Shown in pieces: positions 50,771-62,500 of a DNA stretch of 64,000 nt. Position numbers and translations under genes: made by a program. The stretch is taken from the NCBI GenBank assembly GCA_026770705.1, contig JANJGN010000035.1, positions 8,432,001-8,496,000 of the forward strand, read 5' to 3'. Within the stretch, counting starts at the first letter, position 1. Every line of letters starts with the position of its first letter. Origin of the DNA: Isurus oxyrinchus (lineage: Eukaryota). The notes below the pieces were generated by a model. The model saw nothing but the letters and a program-made list of their open reading frames with translations. It was not told where the DNA came from and made no database searches.

Positions 50771-51879
50771 GAAACCCCTTACACCTTTTTTAAACACAGT
50801 TTCCAGCTTGTCTCTGACAGCTTATTGGGTTCTTATCTCTGGAGGATTAGAAAATTATGGGAAGCGTTTTCCATCTCCAGGCATCTTCATCTTATTTCCA
50901 CGGGATTCAAGCTTCCTTTGTCGGACGAGATGTGCAGCCCGGACTAAGGCCTACATTTTAATACAGCGGTCAATTCTCATCTTCTAACAATAGTTTTCTA
51001 GAATGCTCTTTGCTATTAAACTTTGTTAGAAAATGTTCATCCGGCATCATAGAAGTGGCCTTCGTCTCTGAGTATATCAAACGCTCATTATCGCTAATCA
51101 ATCAGCCGCATACGGTTTCTACAATTAGTACCATTATTATGATGATGGGAATGCTGCTTTACTTTTATTTTAACTGCCATTCCATTTTCCTAATATCCCC
51201 TAATTTCCCTGATCACTCGTATTTTCCTCTCCGCTTTTCGCTTCAACTGACCACATTGGATTGGTGTCATGGTTCAGAATTCTACCGACAGAATTAACGC
51301 TCTATTCATTTACTTCATGGCATTCTCCATCCCCAGAATTATCCAATAATCCCTTGTATGAATTTCAATCACTGCCTCGCATGTATGAATGTGCCTAGCA
51401 TATACATGTGACATGTCGGCCTCCTTAGTGACCACTCATTGATTTGTATGAGTATTTTATTTTAAGTCTTTCTATTTCCTCAAGTCAACCTGGTTCGAAG
51501 ACATGTATAATTTAGATTGTTCTTTCTTCTTTTGTCATTCTGAAATTTAAATCCTATGATGCAAAAGCAAGTGGCAGAGGACATTGGTCTACTTGGCTCA
51601 GTTGGGCAAAGCCTTCCGCAATAATTGGGCCCGAAATGTCAACTACACAGATGGAACAAAAACGCATTGCACAGGGAAGCTATTTTCCCTCTTCAGCATT
51701 ATTAAGTTTTTGCATGAATGCTCCTTTTTTGTGTAAATATTGTTTTTCTACTTCTCTTATTTTATGGAAGCTTGCTGCATTCATGCATTAGCTTGATCAT
51801 TCCAAACGTAATTCCAAAATCTAACTCTACCGAATGATGTGTTGAATTGTTAATGTCACAAAACTATACATTCATTCAA

Positions 51880-54480
51880 ACATGCTAGTTAGCTTATCGG
51901 GTAAGGGTTAAAGTCGGGCCAGGGCAGTTAGCAAATTGCAAATTTAAATAAATGTATAATGAAAAAGTTGTCTCAGTAATAACAAAACTGATACCCATTT
52001 ATGTTAGAACTCATCTTCTTCAGTAATGCCTTTTAGAGAAGGAAATCTTCCGTCCTGAGCTGATCAGGCAGGCATATGACTCCAGACACACAGCAATGCT
52101 GTTGACTCCTAACTGCTCTTTCAAGTACGTTTTTTAAACCACCCAGTTGTACCAAAATGTTGCTGAAACATGAATGGACTGAAAACAGATGGATAAAGTG
52201 ATGTCGTCCCAGGATCAGGAAATGGCAGCCGCAAACCCAAACCACCGTGCCCAAAAGGGCTTCATCACTAACATCTCTGGACATATGACAAATTTGAGAG
52301 AGATCTCCAACAAGCTGATCAGGAAGCGGCCAGATGCAGTTACATACATCGAATCATTACTTATAAGCAATTTATCAGACAGGACCATCACCAATCATGT
52401 GACATCATCTACCTTCCGGGAGAACTAACCCACCAGAGTTAGCGGCAAACTCAGGAGCTAGTTCCCAAAAGTGTCCTCGACATTGACTCTGTATCATTTT
52501 AATTCTGATGGGGTCAGTCAAAATCTACAGGAAACTGCCTGTTCTTTACCAGCCCCTCAATTCTTGTCCAGCTCCACACCCACCAGCGCCCCAGCCGGCC
52601 CCACCAACCCGCCAGTGAGCTGAATACGAAAAGCAAATAACAGAGCCATTGAGGATGAAAAGAGCACAGAATGTAATGTGCTAGGGGACTTCAAAGTATA
52701 TCAACAAGATTGGCTCAGTATCGCCACTATTCACCATTTTGTCCAAATAATAAGGAAAATTCTTGCGAGATTTTGCCTGTTTTGGGTGCTGAGGGAATGA
52801 GAAATAGGTTAAAAGCCACTTGACCCCGTGTTTACCAATATAATCGCTACAAGTGCATATGTCAATGGCAGTATCTGTCGAAGTGACCAGTTCACAATTC
52901 TTTTGGTGACGATTTCTGGTTTTCACACTGACCATTCCGTCTTTCGTGTTGTATGCCATTGTTATCATTGAAATTAGGTAACTTTCGAACTGATCTATCA
53001 AATCATACCTGGACAACTATATTGCTCTGTGTGCCGAAGGCAATAGCAGGAATATATACAAACGCAATGTGTCACTCCATGCCCTAGCATATGCCCCACT
53101 CTCCTATTATGATCATGCACAGGGATAAATACTTGTGCAATTAAAATTGCAAGAAGGCATGCCGGGATTCAGTCCTGCATTGCCTGAAGCTGAGCTATCA
53201 ACATGCTGAAGATACAGCTAATGACTGCTTGCATGCCACACTGTGGAAGCTGCATGTAATAGGCCAAGCTAAGAGATAATCTAGCCATCGTGTTAAATTA
53301 AAAAAATTGCAGTAGTGCCTCGCCCAGTCGTGAAAGTTATTGGACATTAATTAATTATCAGACAGGAGGGGACTCCACAAGTTGCCTCATTGCTTTGATT
53401 ATGGAGTCAAACACATCAAAGGAAGAGAGAAATCTCTGACAATTGAAACCAATAAGCCGGTAGTGCTGAAATAGTCATATGTTTCATCCTCCTTCTGGGC
53501 TTCCCAGATGTACAGAATATAATCTACAGTGTATGCGATTCAATCATCTCGATATCAAGATGAGGTTGATATCACCAGGAGTCTAACTGAAGGCCTGTTC
53601 TCCAGAAAGTAGCCATGCAGTTAGCAAAGCTTTTACATCAAATGTACAACGTTAGAATGTATCTGCCTCAGTTGATAAAATGCCCAGGTGTATCCTATAC
53701 ACAAAAGCAGAACAAATCCCTGCCAACTCATTATTGCTTCATCAGGCTTTTCACAATCATGAGCAAAATAATGGACATTTCCTTCAACATTACTTCAGGA
53801 GGCACGTACTCACCAAAAATCTAGTGACTGTTGCACAGTTTCGGTTCAGAGAATGTAAATAAGCTCCTGACCCAATTGTAGATGCAAACATGTAATCAAT
53901 AGCTTAACTCAAGACTTGAGGTGGCAAACATGCCCTTGACATGAAGGCATCATTTGTCAGTGCTGGCAAAAAGTAACCCTAACAAAACGTAAACAATTGG
54001 GATCTTTGGGAGGGTGGGGGGGGTGGGGGGGGGTGTTGGAGGGGGGGGGGGGTTGGGGTGGTGGGGGTTGGGGCTCATAGTTCCACATAGGTTTTATTCA
54101 TACCCTGAAGAATATAACATGTTTCTTGTTGCTGGAGGTCAATAATATCATTCCTGAAAATTTGCTGCAAGAGTTCCTCATTGAAACATAAACATGCTCA
54201 GCATATTTTATACGTGATCTTCATGCTATGATATGATATAAAGTGATAGTTTTGATGATGCTTGCAGGATATTCAGTACAATTGTGGTTCCTCGGTAACT
54301 GAAGCAGTCCCTTCCCGCATGCAATGATTCTCGGCCTGTTTTCAGGCTTGCGCTGAGGAAAGTTAATTTGACGCCACAAATCAATGAACATATCCAATAA
54401 AACCAAATTCAAAATCTCCCCCTTGATATCCAATGACATTACCAACGCTGATACCCACACCATCAAATCTCGTGTTTTAA
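51880..54480 (+). mobile_element. Decayed SINE-headed L2/Crack-like LINE
   Basis: FITNISGHMTNLREISNKLIRKRPDAVTYIES is homologous to the 21.2k EN; RT remnants at 53.6-54.45k. Confidence 0.7.
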
Positions 54481-54483
54481 CAG

Positions 54484-56605
54484 TGACTGGAAACTGAACA
54501 ATATGCAAAAATTACTGTGCCAGAACAGGAGAGCAAAAAAGGGATATGAGAATGCACTGACTAGTATGAGCAGGTAAAATCCCTAGATATTCCAGAAGTA
54601 TATCAACTTGAAGAGGATAGCCGGGGAAACGTTATGGGCCATAATGGACCAGGGGTCAATAATGCATGGAGCCAGAGGATGTCTCTAGAATGTTGAGTAA
54701 ATATTCCATATCCATCTTCACCCAAGAGTTTGAGGATGAAAGTATCAAACACGGGGAGTGAGAGAGAGAGAGACAGCTTCTTCAACAAATTGATAAAGGT
54801 AAGGACAAGGTATTGGAGCTTTTCTATGGCTTGGAAGAGGACAAATGTCCAGCTATGGATGAATTTTGTCCCAGAATGCTGAGGGATGAAAGGGAAGAGA
54901 TCACAGTGGCTCTGACCGAAAAGTTTAATACCTCCCTGGTCGTGGGAGAGGTGGCAGAGAACTGGAGAACAGCTATTGTGGTTCCCTTATTTAAGACGTT
55001 TTAGAAAGATAAGCCAGGGACCTACAGGCCAGTGAGTCTCACGTCAGTGGTCGGGAAACTACTGGAGGAAATTATGACGGAGAGAATCTTTCACCACTTG
55101 GATAGGCAACGTTTCATCAGGGATAAACAGCACGGCTTTGTCAGAGAGAGCTCATGCCAAAAAAATTCGACTGATTTTTTTGAGGATGATACCAATTGTG
55201 TAAATGAGGATAGTGCATTTGGTCTAGTTTACATAGATCTCAGCAAAGCCTTTAAAAAGATCCGACAGGGGAATCTTATAAATATGTCAAATATGCATTG
55301 GGTACAGGGTATTTTGATAAGGTGGATTCAAAATTGTCTCAGTTGTAAGAGACAGAGGGTGATGAGTGATAGATGCTTTAGAGACTTCAAGCTGATGTCC
55401 AATCGCCTACTGGAGAAACTTGCGCTCGGTCAGCTATTATTCATTATTTATATAAAGGGCATAGATGACGACGTGGGGTGTAGCATTAGTAAGTTTGAAG
55501 ATTACACAAGATCAGCATGCTGGGTAACAGTGAGGTTGAGTGATTTCGGCTACTCTAAGATCTAGATGGGATGGTCAAATGGACAGATAAGTGGCAGACG
55601 GAATTTAACCTTGAAACTTTTCAGGTGATACACTTTGGAAGGATTAAATTGACAAGGAAGCATTCAATGAACGGCATGAAACTAGGACAAAGTGATGCTG
55701 GTGTTCATGTCCAAGGCAGACGGGCCTGTTAATAGGGTGGTGAAAAGGGCCAATGGGACACTGGCCTTTCTCTAACGGCACATATATTACAAAAGTTGTA
55801 AGGTCCTGTTGGAGCTGTTTAGAAATTTGGTGAGGCCACAGTAAAGGAACAATGTGATTGCACTGGAGGCCGTGCAGAGGAGATTCTCCAGGATATTACC
55901 TTGGATGAAATATCTAAAAATATCTTAGTAGAGATATTATTTAAAATAATTTTAATTTTGACTGGAAACTGAACAATATGCAAAAATTACTGTGCCAGAA
56001 CAGGAGAGCAAACAAGGGATATGAGAATGCACTGACTAGTATAAGTAAGTAAAATCCCTAGATGTTCCAGAAGTATATCAACTTGAAGAGGATAGCCAGG
56101 GAAACATTAGGGCCCATAATGGACCAGGGATCAATTATGCATGGAGCCAGAGGAAGTAGAGATGTAGATGTAGAGAGTTTGGATAGACCAGTGTTGTTTT
56201 CTTGGAGCAGAGAGGACTGAGGGGCGTTCTGATCGAGGTGTACATGATTACGAGGGGCATGGACAGGGTGCATAGGGAAAGGTTGTTCCCCTTAGTTGAA
56301 GGGTTACTCAGGATGGGACATAATTTAATGGTGAGTGGCAGGAGGCTTAGAGGGTATGTAAGGATGAACGTTTTTACCCTCAGGTTGGTGCCAGTCTTGA
56401 ATACACTGCCTAGGAGGGTGATGGAGGCGTGATGCCTCACATCCTTTAAAAAGAAATTGAATGACCAATTGACACGTCATAACATTCAAGGCCAAGTGTA
56501 GGTAAAAACTAATAGGTTGAGAGGTCAGTTGTTTCTCACGTGTTGGTGGAGAATCTATGAGCCAAATTGACTCTTCTGCACTCTGTGACTCCGTGATTCT
56601 GTAAA
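54484..56605 (+). mobile_element. CR1 LINE, 5'-truncated ORF2 (RT) with 3' tail
   Basis: GEVAENWRTAIVVPLFK, YRPVSLTSVVGKLLE, QHGFV, DLSKAF, SKFEDYT; tail ctctgtgactccgtgattctgt. Confidence 0.92.
55959..56154 (+). repeat. 196-bp direct copy of 54484-54679 inserted inside the same CR1
   Basis: Both copies read tgactggaaactgaacaatatgcaaaaattactgtgccagaacaggagagc...tgcatggagccagagga with scattered substitutions. Confidence 0.92.
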
Positions 56606-58389
56606 CAGCAGGTCAGAGGCAAGTTTTCAATACTGCTTGATGCCAAAAAGATCCCTTGCACCTTTAAGAGTAGACTGTACGCCGATACATTGTGTTATCG
56701 ACTCTCGCAGTTATCGAGATTGAGAATTCAAATGCTGTCATAACGGATTGTTGTTCTTCGTTTTTCATGAGACGTCCTTACATTGGTAATTACCTTAACA
56801 TCAACTTAAAGAACAAATTATAGTTCCTGAAATATATCTCGGAACGGTAATGCATATTTTCATTCCAATGGCACCAATTTTAACTTCAGCCCCATTCTTC
56901 AAGTTACACCACTATCACTTAATATTCTGATTATGCTCCTGTTTACCAAGGCGAAATTTAAACTAGACATTCAGTCGTATTGTTCATCCAACACGATTGC
57001 AAGATATCTGTAACACAAGTCATGCTCCAGCTCGAAAGCGACAGTTTAATGAATTGTAATCATATAAATATGGTGCGGCCTCCTTGAAAATGAATTATGT
57101 GAAATAGGCAAATAGAATGCTGAAGTGTGTGAAAACCAGAACTAGCAATGCGTCCAAAAGTCAATCGCTTGCAGAATGCTCTCAAATTTGTGGCAGGGAT
57201 TAACAGAATCAAATCAGCCTGAGCAATAATACTGAATCTTATGAATCCTTATCCTCATCCCATTTGAGGAAGGTGTTACTTTTTGTCTCGTACTATGCAC
57301 AATAAAGGATCATTGTGTTTGGTGCCCGAAGCTGATCGGATTCAGGAAGCAGATGAAGAAATTAATGTCTTGCCTCAGCAAAATCCCGCCCCGTCATGCT
57401 GGTATTCAATTATATTAATTGATTATCATTTTCAGTATTGTGATCTTTATCATCACAATCATTATCATTATTTTTGTATTTTCATCTTGATGGCGAATTG
57501 TTGATTTGATAACATTGACCAAGAAAGCATAACAATAATCAAATTTTTTTGTGTTTGTTTTCTTTCTTTGCTATTTGCCATGTGATAAGAATTCTGGCTT
57601 TCGTTATTTGCCCCACGGAGGAAAACCGGACTCTTTCTTTGCCCGAAATCGATATTTTCTCCGAACCTTTTATTTGATCAAGTTGCTTGCCCCTGTTCCC
57701 GCCTAAATGACTTATTATGCAATCAATCCTTAGGCAATCTGGAATATGTCGCTCTCTATTGGCTCTCTGTGTTATTAAGAACCAGCTTCTGGCTTACCAC
57801 AGCAGCCTACAGAAAATCAATATTCAAGTTTTTCCTCGACACATTCTGGAGAAAAGAAGTGTTGTACATTCTAAGGAAACTTCACATACATCCTAAAGTT
57901 TTGTGGCTAGAACAATATCATTGCTGTGTCCTAAGCAGAACATTATCGGGTTTCAACAAACTTCCCTCCTTTTGCACTATATATAGTAATGAATTTCATC
58001 ATTCCAAATGCACTGCTAACCATTCGCTTGCTATGTTCTTCAAACTTTGAAGATCTGAGCGCATCATTCCCAAACTGCCTCTCTATTTCCTTTAGAGAAA
58101 AAAAAATGCCCTAACACTATCAATTGGGGAGCACTGTTTTCTAACATCATCCAATCTGCAAGATGGTTGACCGTGTTTTTAGTAATTACGTCCTCTGATT
58201 TAATTCAGATTGTTACAGGTCACCCTTCTCCTTCAGACTTCATTCATGTAATCAAAACCTTTTGTTTTACTTTATCTAACGAATTATTCAAACCTACCGA
58301 CAAATAATGCCAAATGCATTCTCAGCATGAGATTTATGAGTTCCTTCGTCAGAAACTTCAAAGTTAATTGGAGACCATGAAGGTGATTA

Positions 58390-59400
58390 AGACGGTCGGT
58401 CGCCGACAGTGAATTCTGCGTCTGGAAGTCTGCGGCATTGTGGATCGCGCGCCAGCAGTCAGTCCACTAATTCACTAATTGCAGTGAATTAACGGCAATG
58501 ATTCAGGACCGTCATCCTGCAAAATAAGCGTTGGAGCTCATCCTGTCAGGTCTCTAAGGCTCGAGGCACTGGCATGGAACAAGATAAGGGACAAAATAAA
58601 ACTGTTGAATTGGCAGTGTGTCAGTTGATCCATCAGGTGAGCAGTCGAGTGCAACTAATTTGCAACACTGAGGGTTTGTGCATTTCCCGTTTGGCCACGT
58701 GAGTAAAATTAAATGTTAGCTAATTTTGCAAACAAGTCAAACCCGAAAGGTGGATGAAGGTCTATGTTAAGCAATTTACCCACTTTTTGATACACGGAAT
58801 TCATAGAGTTATTATATGTAAAGCTAGATAGATCTGTAGCACCAATTCGAAATGGGAGGCGTTCAAAAGGGGGCTCATGTGTCCCCAGATTGAGTGAGGT
58901 TGCTCTTGGTGCCTTGTTCCATGTGGAAACTGAAAGACATCAAGATCTAACGCCGAGCACTTGTAAGAGAATGAAGCACAACCATGTTCATGCTGCGTGG
59001 GAGGAGATGACCAATGAAGTAACTGGAGTTCTTGCGGTGAAGTGGATTTTTTCCAGTGACACATAAGCTTCAATGGCCCCATGAGTACTGTATCGGGCAG
59101 CTAGATGTTTGCTTGTTTCCCCTTGATGTGGCGTAACATTGACTGCACCTCCGCTGAAGGTTTCACGATTGCTGGAGCCCATCAGGGTCTGGATATGTTC
59201 TTGCCACACCCAGAGGAGCACAGTTCCCCGTGTACACCCCACGCGCCAGGACCCCACACCATTTTTTCCTATCACCTTTCCTCCTACTACTCATAAACAT
59301 TATTTGCTCCCCATTCGAGACTGTATCTGCAAGTGAGGCCAAAGTCCCCATCTGACTCAAACAATTTTCACCCCTCAGACCTGCGTAATGGACAACAAAA
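58390..59400 (+). mobile_element. PIF/Harbinger transposon fragment (Myb/SANT trihelix gene)
   Basis: 58.89-59.10k PRLSEVALGALFHV..AAWEEMTNEV..FQ*HISFN matches the PRFS..L..L..AWEEVA..QCRKKFN pattern. Confidence 0.65.
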
Positions 59401-59522
59401 TAAATCATCAAAATAACTCTTTGAATAAGATTAGAGTTCAGCTCAAGAAAAAAATATCCAAAAGTTTAAACTCTCCACTCAGTCGAGCAGTGCCTGCAGC
59501 CAATAGAGTTGGAATATTATGG

Positions 59523-59603
59523 TGAGACCGTGATCTCAGCTGCAGTTTTGACCTAGTATTTGACCTGAGACCGTGATCTCAGCTGCAGTTTAAACCAAGT
59601 ATT
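59523..59603 (+). repeat. 43-bp tandem duplication
   Basis: tgagaccgtgatctcagctgcagttt occurs at 59523 and 59566. Confidence 0.9.
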
Positions 59604-61599
59604 ATTGATTGATCATACCTTGATTTTTTTTGTTAAGTAAGGACAAGAGCGCATAATCCTTTATAGTTTTAAATGTTTTATTGTATAATCCATTGGACTG
59701 CAAACATTTTACCAATATGTCGAAAAATGTATCAATCACATACAGTGAATATCGTCAAAGCAGCCTGACAGGAATGATAGAAAAGGCCATTATATCTGTT
59801 TATAAGATGAACATGTATGAAAACAACAGAGCCCAAAATTGAAAGAAAGCATATTTCAAAGGCGGATTATAAAATTTAGGGCCGGTTTAATGCTTTGAAG
59901 CGACCAGTGGTCGCTTTGAAAAAGCAGCCGGGAATATTTGCTTTGATAATTTTGTAATATTTGAAGAAACTAGATCCAAGAAAAAGTGCTCGATTGACAA
60001 GAACCTAAGTAATCATGTTAGAACTTGGAAATTGGAGTGGAAATATAACAACAAAAAGCGAGCTGACATTATCGAAGTGAGCAGGTGGAAAATGTTAAAT
60101 GCGTCCTTTCAGAGTGGCTATGAGTGGGAATAGATTCATCAAGATTCAAAGATTGCTCTAATCTTTCTCACAAGTTTAATGAACGACAAATGCTTTAAAA
60201 TGCCAAAAAAAACTTTGCAGACCTCACTATTGTGCAGGTCTGGAAATTATGTTCAGTAACTGAAACAAGTTTAAAGTTTAATTAAAATGCAGATTGATCA
60301 CTTTGAAGGCAAATAAATTTCATCACAGTTCCGGGCGAATGTTTTGACTTTGTCACCAAAGTTATAGAGACCGCGTGGCATTTAGAAAAAAAAATCAGGA
60401 ATCAATAGGCATATACAAAAAATGTGATCTGGGAGCAGTAACAGGGAGATTACTGATAATAGTGCTGCGTGCTAATAAGTAAAGATATGACAAAGCAATC
60501 ACTCCATTTCATTCATAGGTGGCAATGAATGGGGAAATAATGCCAGTTAAAGTATTTATAATTATCATGGCGAGATCAGAATTTACACGCAGCATCTTCA
60601 GAAGAATAAAAAAAAAAGTCAACCCAGCATGAAATGTTGATATGAAATGTTTTTTTTCCTCTGAAATTTCGATAGTTTTTGGTTGAGTAGGCATAAGGGC
60701 GACGAGTGTTGTAGTTATACGTGAGAGAATAGATAAATCTACAATCACCATAATATGATAGACAGAAAGTAATCAAATGCACAAGGTCCGGCATAGTACT
60801 ATGTTGTGCTTCCCAATAGCCAGTCATACTGGCACTGCAAAATCTGACTTAATAACACCTGGTGTATATGCTCTGGGAGGAGGATTGTTGAGGGGGCGGG
60901 GGGTGGGGGAAGAAGACGGTACCAATGTTTTTCAGTTTCCTTACAAGCTAGCCAAAGAACAATCTGAACACTCCGTGCCCACAGAAAGGTTGATTTTTAA
61001 AATGTCACACACAACAGTATCAATACACCAGGATATTTCATGTGCCACTGGAATGAAAGGAACACCACAGAAGGCAGCACAAGAGCAATTTTACCTATTT
61101 TCGAAATTAAAGATAAGTGGAGAAAAAAAATTGAATTCAATACTATCTTCAGTCTGGATGGTTTCTTTAATTTAGTGATTAACTACAAAACATACCTCTA
61201 GTTCATGAATATTCATTATTATTCTTGAATTAACACATGGATATAAAACCTTACTGAGATTAGCTGTCGCTAGTTAATTAAAAAAAAATGTTGACCTAAA
61301 CTTTTTACCTGTTGTATAATTTTCAGGGGGAAAACAACAGGCCTATAAAAGTGCCGCCCCTGTGCACTAAAATTGCTGGTTCGTATACACAGGCTGTAAA
61401 TTGGGAGATCGGTGTATGGAAAGCTCGATAGTGCAGACGTCCCTTAATTTTTGTGCTTGTTTCAGCACTCATTACCTGGCACATAATCTAGTACAGGGAG
61501 AGAAGCTGCATGGTGGATAAATGCTAAGTAATACTGTTCATTTTCAAAACAAGTTTTTTTATTGTTACGGTATGACAGGTCATCGCGGGTATGTGGAAT

Positions 61600-62500
61600 A
61601 TACATCTTGCTGCATGCAGGAAAAAACAGACACAACTGAAGTCAGAAAGAAGCAAAACTGCAGAAATTGTCATTTGATGTAGGAGCCTGAAATCCGAATT
61701 TCAGAATTGAAGCAGTGGCTGCGGTCACTGTTGTGCTTCTGTGAGGTAGTGAATTATGTGGAAGTAAGATTAGGGACGTGGTTAGGCCGCGGTATAGCAT
61801 CATACAGGGAGTGAGTGAATTGTGACCATTAGTCAGCCTAAGAGAATGAGGCAACTTACTAATTCTCTGCATGCTGGTGAGGAGAAAAGCCCCTCAGTGC
61901 AGGCATCGAGAAACAAGTCCATGTTAACTGCGTTGTCCCAGATACACAGGAGTGGAGGAAGGAAAATGGAAGTGCAAATAGTGTTCGGAGATTAAATGTT
62001 CAATGTATATCACCGTTGTTTCTGTGGCAGTAAACGTGAGCCCAGGATGGGTTGTTTCCTCCATGGTGCTGGGGTGAAGGGTGTGACGGTGTGTCTGCAG
62101 AACATTTTTTCTGGGGAGGGTGAAATGCAAGATGCCATGCGTCACATCAGTACGAATGACATAAATAGGAAGAGGGATGATGTATTGAAATCTGGTGTTA
62201 CACATTTGAGGAGGAAATTGAAAAGCAGTACCTCAGGATCAGGATTATCTGGACTCTTCACAGAATCATTTCATACTGGACATGAACATCGCAAGGTTGA
62301 TCGCTTGGACACAGTGAAATAGAATAGCTGGAGCTGCTAGGACATCAAATGTCTGAGTCCTTCTTAACTTTTGTGGTTCAGTTTGGAAAGATACAAGATG
62401 TGCGTGAGTTGAACCTTAAGAGAAACAGGTCTAATACCATCACAAGTAGCATTGTTATTGCTATTGAGGAGAACTTAATCTAGCTTGTCAGGTGGCTGGG
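61600..62500 (+). mobile_element. CR1 ORF1 (SGNH esterase) fragment
   Basis: FCGSKREPRMGCFLHGAGVKGV..HISTNDINRK is homologous to 31.0-31.2k. Confidence 0.75.

Noticed and set aside
54011-54073. G-rich tract as a functional G-quadruplex
   Set aside because: Simple low-complexity expansion inside a dead LINE. Similar G/C runs occur at ~31.77k and ~44.52k.
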